In this document: piece after piece, positions 14,078-28,726 of the stretch | Layout of the letters: each line of letters begins with the position of its first letter | Numbering within the stretch: position 1 is the first letter of the stretch | Origin: Rhizophagus irregularis | Lineage: Eukaryota | Direction of reading: 5' to 3' | Assembly (NCBI RefSeq): GCF_026210795.1 | Contig: NC_089432.1 | Coordinates: 1,860,001 to 1,924,000 of the forward strand | Length of the DNA stretch: 64,000 nucleotides | The notes under the pieces: generated by a model | What the model was told of the DNA's origin: nothing | What the model saw: the letters and a program-made list of their open reading frames with translations, nothing else | The model's database searches: none | Position numbers and translations under genes: made by a program

Positions 14078-16042
14078 TGTTTATTACTTGGGCAAATTAG
14101 AAATTGGTGTTGCTACTTTTACAATTGCTAAAAAAAAATTAACATTCATATAATTTTTGACATCTATTTCGTTATTTATTTATATATACCGATTAAAATA
14201 TGTTCGACCTTTTGCTTCCATTGTTAAAAAAGAAGTCAGATTGTAAAATGTTTTCCACTCTCATTAATAATACTACTTCCTAAATTCATGTAGTTTGTGG
14301 AGGTATTATGAAGAGAAATATTACGTAAAGACTTTATAATTTAAAAATTTGTTTAATAATAATAATGAATGACATTTATAAACAAAAAATTATTTACAAT
14401 TACGTTAAGTTGTACTGTATTTCTTAAATGATCAACATAAGCTCGACCGAGCCACACGATGAAAATGAATGTATCATTGATCAATGAATAAATACGAATT
14501 AAATAAATTAATTAAATAATAAATAAGAATAAATAAAGAAATAAAAAGAAACGATATTGCGATCTGCAATATCATGCTATTTGTCTTGCCTGATCCCCCA
14601 CTGTATTAATTATATAAGTTATGCACTTATGCCTAGCGTAATTTATTCAAGTATAATTATACTTCTTATAACTGCCACACGGGTGGCTTTTTGTAAATTT
14701 TCATATAATCATCAAGTCACATGACTAACTTTACTGACTGCGAAATCTCGAAAATTAGCTCCCTTTCTTCTTATATGGCTCCGCTTTCTTGACAAGCCGG
14801 TCAAACCTATTTTAGGTTCGTGGGTTAGGTAGTAACCAAACGTATAGTTTATTTTAATACCACTAAGATAGCTCTTCGGCTATATCTTTGCATGCTCTTC
14901 TATTCTTGCCTCTCTACTAAAAATAAAAATAAAAATAAAAATTCCGAAAATTCACATGAGTCATAAACAATAGTGATTGCCGGGTAATGAATTTCGGGAA
15001 TATTAAAATTCGAGGGATAAATGTTCTAGTTTTCGAGATAGTGGATTTTCGGGATTATGATTTCGGGATTTTGGGTGGTACCAATTTGGGATATTAACGG
15101 TCCGATCCGGATCATCGGGACCGCTAGACTAATTTTGGACCGGACCGATATAAGCCCATCGGCCTTATATCGATCCCATAAGGCTCTAAACCTAAAAAAA
15201 AAAGTATGCAAAAATATATATAGATTTTTTTAAAAAAAAATATGCATAAAAATATATATAAATTAAAATTTTTTCATTCAATAGTACCTATATAGCTAGT
15301 CCGAGATATCATTCAAAATCCCAACAGTAAGAATCCCGTTGTAATACAAACTGACGTTTACATATTACCCACCTCTCCTTAACAATCATGTGGATATCTT
15401 CAAAATCGCAAATTTTAAATGAGCTGAAATTGACACTTACGTTAAATTTTATTATGATATTTTTTTATCTGGCAATTAGAATTATTACCATATGGGCTAG
15501 GACTGCTCTTCTTAACTACAAAACATATTCCCCACCCCTCAAATTTGAAGTTAAAAAAAAGTTCTCCCTACAAATCCAATGCGTATAAAAATTAAGTAAG
15601 ATCAACGAGAATCTTTCCAATTGCGAATTATTTGTTTTATGAATTTTTCGTATAAAAGAACTTTCTTTAATTTCTTCAAATATTACAAAGAAGGTAAAGA
15701 TATAAATTAATATAAACAATAATTGGTAAAAAAAAATTTTGTATATATTTCTGGCTATTTGTGATTCCATTTACCTTTTGATAATAATTTCCGCTCATGT
15801 ACTATTGGCTCAGTTGACTCAATATCACAAGATGTTCACACATGATCTCATGAGTAACAAATATGGTAATTCATTTTGTTACTCAAAATGTAAAAAAATT
15901 TCGGAGGTTGCGAATGATTGACTGGATGCTATTATCCCGGTCCTGAGGTTTTACCGAAATCAAAAATATAAATAACAGCGCGTTTTCCCTAACTAATTAT
16001 TTAATAAAGTTAATAAAGTTTATTTAACAAAAAATATAAAAA

Positions 16043-18053
16043 ATGCTTTCTGATCCGATTAATTTAGCAAGCCTTTTTGTATTAGGATCTATAGGATGGC
16101 TTACCTATAAAATTCTTATTTGGCCATTTTTTGTTTCTCCTTTGAGAAAGATTCCTGGTCCACCACCTGATAGTCTAATTTACGGAAATGTTAAAGCATT
16201 GTTATCAGGAGAGGTAACGAATTGTTCATATTTTTAACTTAATAATCAATTTTTATTATTAACAAGTATTTTTCTATTTTTTTCGCTACGATAGGCTGAC
16301 GGTTTTGTTGAACCACAATTTAAATGGTATAAAAAATACGGAAATATAGTAAAATACTACGGAATATTTAACAAACCAGCAGTTTTTGTTGCCGACCCAA
16401 AAATAATTCAAGAAATAACGTTGAGTAAAAGCTATGATTTCATTAAACCTTACAGTAATAATAAGCCTGCTATTGCACTTCTCGGTAAAGGACTTGTATT
16501 TGCGGAAGGTGACGTTCATAAAAGACAAAGAAAAATGATGAATCCAGCTTTCTCTCATAGTAACATCAAAGTAATTATACTTTATTGTGGAAAATTAAAA
16601 TTTTAATTTTAAACCAAGGTTAATATTAAATATAATTAATTAATTTAGGGAATGGTTCCAGATTTTATTCGTGTAACCAATACTTTAATAGACTTAATCA
16701 AAAAAGAGTTAAGCCAAGGAAATTCTAACGTTAATCTTACACCTTATATATCAAAGACTACTTTGGATATTATCGGTTTAGTAGGTGAGAGAAAGAAAAA
16801 AAAAATAAATAAAATATTGGACGCGTTTTATAATAGGAGTCTGAAAATTCTGTTTTTTTTTTTATAGGATTTAGTTATGAATTCAATTCGTTAACATCCC
16901 CAAACGAATTGGCAGTAGCATACGATGGTGTTTTCAATACCACTCCCGATATGTTACACGCTACCATTATAATGTTATCAAGTTATATCTCATTTGTCAG
17001 ACATATTCCATTCGGTGTAAATTTGAGATATAAAGAAGCGTGTGATGTTATACACCGCGAATCACAGAAATTGATTGATGCAAAATATAAAGAAGCCGAA
17101 AGTGGAGACTTGAAAAGTAAGGATTTGTTGTCATTATTAATTAATAACAATAAAACTTTACCCGAAGAAGAAAAATTGACTTATGATGAATTAAGAAATC
17201 AAGTAATTAAAGAATAATTGCTTATTATTATTTATTTTTTAGTTTATTAATTTTTTATTTATTTAACCTATATTTTGAAATATTTCAGATTATGACATTT
17301 TTAGTAGCAGGACATGAAACTACAAGCGTTACAACTTCTTGGGCTTTATATTTACTCGCACATCATCCACATTATCAAGATTTATTACGTGAGGAATTAG
17401 TTAAAGCTTATCCTGATAAATCAAAATTCAATCCCACATATGATGAAATACATTCTTTGGAGTTTTTAAATTGCGTACTTAAAGAAACTTTAAGAATAGC
17501 CACTCCAGGTACATAGTTAATTTAAACTGTTTTTAGCACATCAAAAACTATACTAATTTAGCGGTTTTATTACTTTAGTACCAACCTCTAAACGACTTAA
17601 CCTTAAAGATGAATTTTTTGGAAAATATCTTATTCCAAAGGCATGCTATTATATAATATATATATCCTTTGATAAATAAAATAATTTTTTAAAATACTTA
17701 CTAAATTTTTTTTTTATCTTTTATAGGGTACTGAAATACATGTTGGAATTTTAGCAATTCAAAAATCGGCTGAAATTTGGGGTCCAACGGCTGAGGAATT
17801 TGATCCAAGTAGATGGTTAGATCCTGCTTTAATGAAGAAGATAAACAATTATAATTATTTACCTTTCCTTAATGGTGCAAGAGGTTGCATAGGTAATAAA
17901 GTAGCTTCAGCTGAAGCTAAAATAATGTTGGCCATGTTAATTATGAATTTCGTTTTCAAACCAATTGAAGGATTTCAAATTAGGAGAAGAGCTTTCCCTA
18001 CACCAAAAGTTGATCCATATCTTGGATTAGATGTGTCTATAGTTAAATCTTAA
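16043..18053 (+). CDS. Cytochrome P450, intact, 7 exons, ~508 aa
   Basis: Exons 16043-16213, 16295-16570, 16649-16784, 16868-17202, 17289-17508, 17579-17640, 17727-18053 (1527 nt, open frame). N-terminal TM plus PGPP, AGHETT I-helix, ETLR (ExxR), FDPSRW, heme motif PFLNGARGCIG. Confidence 0.95.
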
Positions 18054-18282
18054 ATTTATTATCTATACAATATATATTACTATATTATTATTTTCTTTGT
18101 TACTACCTACATTATTTCAATAAATTGTCATAATTCATTTAATTTTAAAGTGATAATGTACAGTGAATATATTCATTACGTTTGATTTTAAAAAAAATCA
18201 TTTTACATAACTGAGTTGTTAAACAATTATCTTTAATTGAAAATTCTTTATAAGAGAAATCCATATCAAAATATAACAACAA

Positions 18283-18422
18283 GGTTACGGCACGATTTCC
18301 CGACGGATGATTGCCCGACAGGTTTGGCCAGAGTTATGCAGAGTTATGGACGATCACGTGGTGATCAAACGGCCAGCTTTAGGCTGTTAGGAAAATGTCC
18401 TGTTAGGAAACGGTCCGTAAGC
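18283..18422. mobile_element. Short Mutator-like MITE
   Basis: GGTTACGGCACGATTTCC...GGAAACGGTCCGTAAGC inverted ends. The same terminus (GGAAATCGTGCCGTAACC) recurs at ~9325-9342. Confidence 0.5.
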
Positions 18423-19228
18423 GAACAAAACAAAAAGACGGTATACATAATGGGATCCGACGATCAGAATACAACTCAAACCAGTATTTTTTTAAAAAAT
18501 TTTATATTACTTTTTCAATTCTTTTATAAACATAATATTATTATAATATCTCGTAATAATTATCGCAAATATTAGTAATATGTATTCCGTTATAAAAAAA
18601 ATTGCCAGTGCGAACTAATAATATTAAAAAAATTAATTTTTGATTTCTCTCCTAAAGAAATAGTTATCATATCGTTTTACGTGTAGGAAAATATTTCGTA
18701 GTGTTACTACAAAGTCTATTGTTAAATTGGGATACACTTGATCGGCGCTTAATCGCACGCCAGTCATGTGCCGTCTTTGAGGAAATTTTATAAAAATATA
18801 AAAAATTATTTACTTCGAATCTTTTCAGCTATTATCTTTTTGTTATCATATATAATCATCACCTTCGCTATTCACTCTCGAGAATCATGTGTTTATTGAT
18901 TATGGTGATGGCGATCTTTTGGCTTCTATAAAATTTTTGGTTAAAAAAGAAATTTTGTTTACATTATTATCTTCACCTTGATCATCCCAAATTTCGAATT
19001 GGCGAATATTGGACGAAATTTGTTTTAATTATAGCCCTAATTTTTTGCTAAAATTGCAACCAATTTTTTTTTGACTGATTTTTAATTTTTTTTTTAATTT
19101 ATCAATTTGTCATATGAAATACAATACGTGCAGATAATTAGAAATATATAAGATTTTGTTATATTTATTGAATTATAAATTAAAATATATTAAAAATTTC
19201 TAAATAAAATCAATATAAAATAAAATAT

Positions 19229-19565
19229 GAATAAATGTATTTGTAACAGCCTGTTACATATCTTATTTGTAACATCCTTTTTTTATTTTTTTTAATAATA
19301 AATTTAGTATGTGGTTTAAAAATAAAATTTTTATATGCAAAATTTAATTTGGAAAACTTTTACTTAATGTACTTAAGACAGTTTCATAGACAAAATTTCA
19401 AGTTATAAGCAGTTTCTTGAAATTTTTTAAAAAATTCTTTTGTCTTGGTTACACGACTGATCTTTTGTTTTTGTTTACATTACGCCTGATCTTAAATTTT
19501 AATTGGATAAAATTGGGGTTGTTACAAATAAGATGCGTAACAGGCTGTTACAATTAGATTTATCC
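19229..19565. mobile_element. Mutator-like MITE
   Basis: TIRs ...TGTAACAGCCTGTTAC... with a perfect 9-bp TSD ATAAAATAT (19220-19228 and 19566-19574). Confidence 0.8.
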
Positions 19566-20294
19566 ATAAAATATAATGAAACAAAATAAAATAAAATAAA
19601 ATCACAAATAAAATAGAAGCTAACTAAACAAAAAAGTTTTAAACCTTAATGTCAAATTGCTAAGAAAGTGATTAATAAATGGTGAATTTTATGTTTGCTT
19701 AAAAAAGTATTATTAATTATCTCATATTTTTATCCAAAGACGATTTTTTTTTGTTATCAAAAGAAACTAGTAAAAAGAAAAATAAAATAAAAGCTGCAAC
19801 GGAAGCGTAATTTCATAAAACTCACTATCTGAAACCTAAACAAAAAGGAAATAGAAATTAGCTTTTTTTCTTGTTATTGTTTTTGTTGTTATTTTTCTTT
19901 TACTAGCCATTTTGAAATTTTACAGAGAGCGAGGGCAAAAGAATGGAAAGCATCGCTGAAACCAACCTCTATTTTCATTTTTCAAAAAGGATCGCATTAA
20001 CAACGAAAACTAAAAGGAAACAAAGTACAAAAAATAACAAAATCAACCTCCATTCCAAAGGTACCGCCAAACCTAAAGAGTAAAAAGAGAAAAAAAGAAA
20101 ATTTTTTAACAATTAAAAGTTCAATTTTAAAGAAAATAATACGGACAGGTGATATTACCAGAAGAAATGTTAATTGCTCATCGTTTCGTTGCATTATCTT
20201 CGTGGGAAACAGCATGCATATCGTGCAATGTTATTAACTATCCACAAGATATATTAGAGTTTACAACATGATTCTCATTAATTATAATAAAAAC

Positions 20295-20812
20295 GATTAC
20301 GGTACGTTTTGCCGAAGTCTGTTTCGCTGAAACCCATTTTGCCGAAATCATTTCGCATGAGGGAAGTTTCGCCGAAGTGATATTTCGTCGAATGGGCGTT
20401 TTGTCGAATAGACATTTCGACGAATCCTTTTCCCCTTTGTCGAAGGACATTTCGCTGAAAATATTGGTGATTAACACAATTCCTTAATCAATACAAAATG
20501 TTTCGTAAAATTGGTGAGTAAGATGAAATTACTAAATAAAATTAATTTTCCTCTACTGTAATTAAAATAAAATAAACAAACGCAACTTGTAATGTGTAAA
20601 CAATTCGTTTGTCTTATAAAAAAGAAAAGGAAAACTGAAAAATTTCATATCCTTCGGCGAAATGTCCTTCGGCGAAATGGCCATTCGGTAAAAGGTCCAT
20701 TCAGGGAAATGGCATTCAGTGAAATGCCACTTCGGTGAAACATTCCTTCAGCGAAATTGCTTCGGCGAAATGGATTTCGGTGAAATAAACTTCGGTGAAA
20801 AGTCCTGATACC
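20295..20812. mobile_element. Mutator-like MITE with 15-bp periodic TTTCGCCGAA subterminal repeats
   Basis: Perfect 9-bp TSD AATAAAAAC (20286-20294 and 20813-20821). Repeats face inward from both ends. Confidence 0.8.
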
Positions 20813-21477
20813 AATAAAAACAAACGTGAAGCTGACTAGGGCCCCGAGCGTATGGGCCGTATGGTGCAAAATAATCATGTAGATCTTGCCTTTTAAGGAC
20901 AAATCGGTCAAATTTTATTACCTTTTTTTAGAAACTGACTGACATCATCTTAATTTTGGCCCTGAAAATACTAATTTCCAGTTTGCGATTTTTTATAAAA
21001 AATTGAATTTCCGAAGACAGATAAAAAAATTGTCAAAAATTATTAAATTTACTAACAGTTTATGTCTCCGACAATCATATTGAATGATATCTAGACATTA
21101 ACTTTCATATATCCGATTTAATATCAGATATCATAATTTTTTAGGAAAAGCTTAATTAATTCTTAACCAAAATCCTTTATGTAATACTTTAAAAACATTT
21201 TTATTTTAAGCCTTTAATTAAATTTAAAATGTCTTATTTTTTCTGTAAATCTTGATACAAATGATTCTAATGCAATTTTTATATAAAACTTAGTAAAAAA
21301 GATTTATGATATATATAAGATATCTTGATATTTTCTCTAAAACTAACCAATCAAATTTATCATGATTGCTTGTGTATTATAAATTGTAAATGATAAAGAA
21401 TTTTAGAAAAAAAAATAATAACTATATAGTAGTTTTTTGGTTCCAATTCCAATATCAATAGAAACATCCTAGATTAT

Positions 21478-24101
21478 TTACAAAAATAAAATAAGATAAC
21501 ATAATAATAACAATAACAATCCAAGTGCATATTTTGAATCAGCTGCTTTTAGATATGATTCAATTGCTTTTTTCATATCAACATCAGTTCCAATACCATT
21601 CTTATAACAACGTCCCACATTGTTTACTCCAAGTAAATTTCCTAAATCTGCTGCCTTTCGATATAATTCAAGTGCTTTTTCCTTATCAATATCAGTTCCA
21701 ATACCATTCTCATAACAACGTCCTAAATTATTTATTCCAAATGAATTTCCTAAATCTGCTGCTTTTTGATATAATTCAAATGCATTTTTCATATTTCCAA
21801 TACCATTCTCCTAAATTGTTTATTCCAAATGAATTTCCTAAATATGCTGCTTTTTGATACAATGCAAGTGCTCTTTTCTTATCAATATCAGTTCCAATAC
21901 CATTCTCATAACAATGTCCTAAATTATTTATTCCAAATGAATTATCTAGGTCTGTTGCCTTTTGATACAATTCAAATGCTTTTTTCTTATCAATATCAGT
22001 TCCAACACCATTCTCATAACAAGTCCTAAATTATTTATCCCAAATAAATTTCCTAAATCTGCTGCTTTTTGATATATTCCAAATACTTTTTGCTTATCAA
22101 TATCAGTTCCAATTCCATTCTCATAACAATATCCTAAATTATTCATTCCAAATGCATTTCCTAAATTCGCTATCTTTTGATATGATTCAAATGCCTTTTT
22201 CCCATCAGTTTTAGTCCCATATCCCTTCATATAACAATATCCTACATTATATATTCCAGATGAATTTCCCAATTCTGCTGCCTTTTGAAATAGTTCAAAT
22301 GCTTTTTTCTTATCAACATTGGTATTAATTCCTAAATAACTAATTATTCCAAGTAAAACAATAGAATTTGAATCATCCTGATTACTTAAATTATTAATCT
22401 CATGCAAAGTTATATCATGACTATTAAGATAAATTGAGATTTTCTGTTTTTTTATTTCATTATCATCATATTCATCAGAAAGATTAATTATATCATTCAT
22501 TATCATATTAAAGTTATTCTCAGATATATTATTTGATGAAATTGAAGTTTCTATATCATCTGTATTCATCATAATATTAAAATTTTGAATAACTTGAGAT
22601 AAATCACCATGTAATGAATCAATATTTTCAGAAATTTCAACATTTAAAATTGGCTGCTGATTGGTTGATGATTGAATATCCTTGTTATTATCATTATTTG
22701 ATGAAATCGAAGTTTCTACATCATCTATATTCGTCAAGTTAAAATTTTGAATAACTTGAGATAAATCACCATGTAATGAATCAATATTTTCTGAAATTTC
22801 AACATTTAAAATTGGCTGCTGATTGGTTGATGATTGTATATCCTTATTATTATCATTTAAGTTAAAATCTTTGATTATATTGTCTTTTGTTTTAAGTACT
22901 AGTACTTTTAATTCATCAACTACTTGATTGATAGTTGGAAGATTATCAGGTTCAATATTCCAACAATCTACAAAAAAAAGAATGTCTTTAATTAATTAAA
23001 ACAACATTATTTATAAGTCATAGTTTAAATTGTATTTACCAGTATAAATTCTTATATATTCTCGGGTGTATCATGAATGGGTGTCTCTCTAAGACCTTGT
23101 AAAATACTTAAAGCCAAACCAACATCATATGGTTTATCATGAAAAGGAGGCTTATAACTAGATATTTCCCATAATAATACACCAATGCTATAAACATCAC
23201 TTTTTTTATTTTAATAAATATAATGATGTTGTACTTTTATTAAAACTTTTTGGATCAGTATAAGGAATTAATCCAAAAGTTTTTGATTGAGAGTTGGATG
23301 TTTCCTCAATTCTTTTTGATAAGCCAAAATCTGCTATCTTAACAGTATTCTGATGGACTAACACGTTATTTGAGTGCTATTAATATTAAATTCCATTAGG
23401 TTAAAATAACAATTAAAATAAAATACAAATATTTACCAAATCACGGTGCACGATCCCTTCATTGTGCAAGCATGATACTGCATAAGCCAATTGAAATGCA
23501 AGATTAATTTTGTCTTTCCAAATAAGATTTTGAAAATTTTCTTTCAAATATTTTCGGAGAGTACCATTTTCAGCATATTTTATCACCAGTGAATATTCTT
23601 TCCTTTGATTTTCTTAAAAAAAAAAAAAAAATTTATGAATTAATTTATTAGTTATACATATTATAAAATAAATAATATTAGAACTTTGTCATATGTTCAT
23701 ACCCTTAATGGAAGTCGGGACACCATAAAAATGAATAACATTATCATGAAAATCAACTTCGCGTCTTCACACTGAAGTTGAATCTTAGTAATAAATAAAT
23801 TATTATATCAAAAATTTACATATCTATAATAATTAATGAAAAATGTTTGACATTATAATTAACTCACAAACAATTGCTTTAACTGCAGCATCATTGATAT
23901 TAAAAAAAGATTTTATTGCATAACGCTTATGAGAATTCTTCCAATTTGCACGATAAACCTTTCCAAAGCCACTGGCACCAATTTCTTCAATATTATAAAA
24001 TTGTTCAAATTTATAATATTTAATAAGTTTTTAGAAATGGCATCTTCAATCCATTTATTCCAATCATTTGAATTACTATTAAACTCAGCGTTATTAGACA
24101 T
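21478..24101 (-). pseudogene. TKL kinase - Sel1-repeat fusion gene, frameshifted
   Basis: Kinase: [45 protein letters not shown]-terminal ~6 Sel1 repeats (AFELYQKAADLGNSFGINNLGxCYENGIGT). Several frameshifts split the ORF track. Confidence 0.88.
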
Positions 24102-25042
24102 GTTGGATACAGAAGAATTCTTACTGCAGAATTTAATTTTATGCTTTTCAAAAAATTGGGAAAAAAAATAAGAAAAAATAGATTTTTTTTTTTGTGTTTG
24201 TTTTAACTATTTATAATAAATAAAATGGTATCACTGAGCGACAAGAATAACTGTCGATCATCCTTCTTCTAATTTAAAGTTTTAACTAGAATACGCGACT
24301 TGCCGAGGACCGATAATGGTGTAGCTAGCCGAAAAATTCAGCCGAAGGCGCAGTAAATTTTTGGCTAACAACACCCAGCCGAAAAAAATTCATGTTGATT
24401 TAGAATATTTTATTGGTTCAACATCTAACTATTTTTGGCTGAATATTTTTGGCTAAATACACTTTTTTCAAATAATAGTGTAGTTAGCCGAAATATCCAA
24501 ATAGCAGTCATTGCTCATGTAACCTCCTAATTCACTTTATTATGGCAATAGCACCCTCTTCAAATATATAATACATTTGCAAAGTTTAAATCAATTTAAA
24601 CTTGTTTAATTGGCTAAATTAATGATTTTCGAATCCATAATTCTGGCCAAAATTTTCTTAATTCTGGCCTAAAATTGGTTAAATTGAAAATTTCAGGTAA
24701 AATGTAACATCGTATATATACAAAATAATCTCCAAACTAAATATGGAATATATAACTTCTTGTCAGTCTCTAAGTGTTTATTGAAATATTTTTTCAAATG
24801 CTTTTTGTTTTTTGAGTTGGATCTTAGCTAAAAATTAGTATATTAAAAATAAAAAATAATGCAAAAACTTATAATTTGTCAAAGATAGTGAATAATATAA
24901 GACTTTAAATTAAAACAAAAAAAAATTTAAAAAAATAAAATAATGTATGTATATTTTTAAATACAATCAAATCCCTTAAAAAAATTTCCCTTTTTTTATT
25001 TTATTTGTATAATTGTATTGTTATAGTTTTAATGGTTAAATA

Positions 25043-26714
25043 CAGTAGGCGATCAAAAGTATACGGACATTTTTCAAAATGAAAAAATTTATATACATAA
25101 TAATAAAATTAAAATAAAAAATTAAGTTAAACATATTCATTATGTCTTTATTTATTAAACTTTATTAATTGCTAATTCGGTTAAGATCGGCAGTGTTTTA
25201 CTATGTAAAATCGGGCAAAAAAAGAAATAATTATCTCTTGATCCAATGATCCAATTTCAATGAACTTTTTTTTGTTTTATAGATCTTGATTTCCTCAATA
25301 AAATAAAAAATTTATTGAAATTGAAATACTAAATTATAAGAAAATCGTGAAAAAGTATTTCATATTATTATTATGACTAAATTTTAGTAAATCATAAAAA
25401 AAGAATTGATTCCTAATTCAGTGATCCAATTTCAATAATTTTTTTTTGTCTTTTAGGTCTTAACCTCTTCTTCACAATAAAAAAAAGTTTGTCAATATTG
25501 GACTGCTAGATCGGAAGATAATCACAAAGATATATTTTGCCATATCATGAATCTAAAAATCGTCTGGCAAAATATGTTTTCGCAATTATCTCACGATCTA
25601 GAGGCCCAATTTTGACAAAATTTTTTTATTATGTAGAGATTATTGAGATCTAAATAACAAAAAAAAGTTTATCGAAATTGGATCACTGAATCAGGAGATA
25701 ATTGTCTGCTTTGTTATTAATGGAATTTGATCGTTGTCAGTAAAATATGTTTTTGTGATTATCTCACAACCTAATGGTCCAATTTCAATGAAATTATTTT
25801 TATTTTATAAAGGTAATCCAGACTTACAGAACAAAAAAAAGTTCATCAAAATTGGATTATTAGATCATATGATAATTATTTTTATTATTTGCACCAATTT
25901 CCCCAATTTTACATAGTAGGACACTGCTGATCTTAACCGAATTAGCAATTAAACTAGATAAAAATTTATTGATAAATTTCATTTTCATTTGTGCCTTAAT
26001 TCTATGAGATATGTAATTGATCGACATTTAAAATATACCAGAGAAATATATTTTATGCATTTTTTTTAATATACTTTTCAAGTATTTTATCAAGAAATTT
26101 AATATAACATGCAAACATAATGTAAATAATAAAATTTTGCATAAGTTTATTAGCTCAATGTAAGGTAATCAAGTAAAATTTTACATGAGTTTACAGAATT
26201 TGCAAAATTCATATAAATTTAAGATTTATTAAGAATATTTCAGTATCTAGTGATTGGATTTTTATGATCTTAGATTTATTAGATCCGTCTCATTGAGATT
26301 ATTCGAATGATAATAAAATAACAATTGTAAAATCAATATTTGGCACACAATTATATTTTAATTATTTAGAATTATTCTATAATATATTTTGATTCAATGA
26401 TCAGATTTTCGCGATGTTTAGCTCATTAGATTCGTCTCATCGAGATGATTCAAATGATACTAAAATCATATTGATTAGAACGATATTGATTAAGTTACAT
26501 CATTTTCAAATTTTGTGAACCGCATAATAAAATTAAAATAATTTATGCCATAGATAGTTTCATATTTCTAAAAAATTCTGAAAAATATAAAGCATAAAAA
26601 TTTGTTTATTATAATTACAAATATTAGATTATAAATTATTTATATCACATTAATACATAATTTTTTGCATAATTTGGTAAAACAAAGTGTCCTTATACTT
26701 TTGATCACCTACTG
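25043..26714. mobile_element. Non-autonomous Tc1/mariner-type element nested in 24311-27151
   Basis: TA|CAGTAGGCGATCAAAAGTATACGGACA ... TGTCCTTATACTTTTGATCACCTACTG|TA. Confidence 0.85.
25169..25948. mobile_element. Palindromic fold-back element flanked by TTAA, nested in the Tc1-type element
   Basis: TTAA|TTGCTAATTCGGTTAAGATC ... GATCTTAACCGAATTAGCAA|TTAA. The interior is made of long inverted sub-repeats. Confidence 0.65.
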
Positions 26715-28726
26715 TAAACTATTCATTAATTTAAAGAACAATTAAATATTAAAAATATTTCTTTTTTACAATTAAATTACTAAAATTCTAATATTGAAGT
26801 ATGATTGGATAGAAATAAATGAGTTAAAAATAACAAATATTTTGTAGTTTTATTTAATAAAAAATAATAATGCACTGTCCAAAAATAAGTATAGTAATGT
26901 TATGTACTTCTTGTTTTCTATAATAAATAAAATTTTGTCATTATTTCATATTGATTGCTATTAGGATATTTTGGCTAACTACACTATTATTTAAAAAAAG
27001 TGTATTTAGCTGAAAATATTCAGCCGAAAATAGTTAGATGTTGAACCAATAAAATATTCTAAATCAACATGAATTTTTTTCGGCTGGGTGTTGTTAGCCG
27101 AAAATTTACTGTGCCTTCAGCTGAATTTTTCGGCTAACTACACCATTATCGAGGACTGTTCCAATCATAATATTTATTATTATTATAAGCATATTTATTA
27201 TTCAAAATCACCATGAATTTTCTTAAAAACTAAATATTTTTTTTTTAATAATTATTGTTTAAAGTAAGAAAATCCATGAGAATTTTTCTTTAAAACTTTA
27301 ATTAATTTAGAGTCCTTTTTTGGTAATCAGTGTTTCAAATTGTCCCAGTCGATCCAAATTTTTAAATTATATTTTTATATTCAGTTTCTAAAATGTAAAT
27401 GTTGCGGAGAACTTCATCCTCCAAGCTCAATAATTTGTATTTATAATAAGAAAATATGCTTATCTATATAATTAAGTGTCTGTCTTTTACATGCAGGAAA
27501 AGATTTCAAAATATGGGAGGCAATTATTAAGTATTTAAGTTGATCGGCACTCAACCAAACTAATCCTCTACTGGTCGAAATCAAAACTTTCGACCGTTAA
27601 GAGCTTTCGGCATAATTTTTGCTGATTGGTCATGTGATTCATCACATTTTTTGACCAATGGCAAAAATCAGTAAAATCAATCACAAATCGACTGATACTG
27701 ATTGTTAAATGAAAGCTTGTTCAGTCTTTTGGTGAAAAATCAACTTATACCGATTGTTATACGAAAAATGATTCCTTTAAGATTATTCAGTAAAATTATG
27801 CCGATTGGTCATATAAATCAACACGATTTTGCCAAATTTGCCAAATGGTAACTAGTTGGCAATAATTCAACAAATCAGTGACTGAAATGATCAGATGATC
27901 CAGATCGACATTTTACAGATCTTTTTAAACAAACTTTTTTTAACTTTTTAAACTTTTCACTTCCTTCCTCCTTCTCTTTCGTCCTTTTCCCTTCCCTTTC
28001 TTACACCTTATTTTTTCAGGTAAATGTACACATTGAATTCAATAACTTTTTATTAAATCAAAAAAGTTTCGAGACATTCTTTAAAAAAACGTTTTTTAAT
28101 GTTAAAAAATGTTTTTTTTTTTGCAGGAAATCGGCTCCGGCATGGATACAAATATTCCAGGTAAAGTTTCAAAAAATTTTCGAAACTTTCTTTAAAAAAA
28201 CGTTTTTTAACATTAAAAAACGTTTCTTTTTACACTTTTATATAGGAAATCGGTTCTGGCATGGATACTGATATTCTAGGTAAGTTTTGAAAGAATTTTG
28301 AAACTTTCTTTTAAAAAAAACATTTTTAACGTAAAAAATGTTTTTTTTTTTACACTTTTATATAGGAAATCAGTTCCGGCGTGAATACCGAATCCCAAAG
28401 ATAAGTTTCAAAAAAAAAATTCTTTAATAAAACGTTTTTAAACTAAAAACATTTTATTTTTTTAATATTTTTGTAGAGATATCAGTTCTGGCGTGGATAC
28501 CGAATCCCAAAGATAAGTTTCAAAAAAAAAATTTCAAAACTTTCTTTAATAAAACGTTTTTATAATAAAAATGTTTTTTTTTATATGTTAATTATAGGGA
28601 AATCGGTTCCGGCGTGGATACCGAATTCCAAAGATAAGTTTCGAAAAAAAAATTTTGAAACTTTTTTTAATAAAACGTTTTTATAATAAAAACGTTTTTT
28701 TTATATTTTAATTATAAGGAAATCAG

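Larger units (their letters stand above)
24311..27151. mobile_element. Non-autonomous DNA element with ~200-bp TIRs and 5-bp TSD
   Basis: CGATAATGGTGTAG...CTACACCATTATCG. AGGAC lies on both flanks (24306-24310 and 27152-27156). Confidence 0.8.

Noticed and set aside
20238..20911. Arg/Ser-rich short ORFs
   Set aside because: Translations of the 15-bp MITE repeats.
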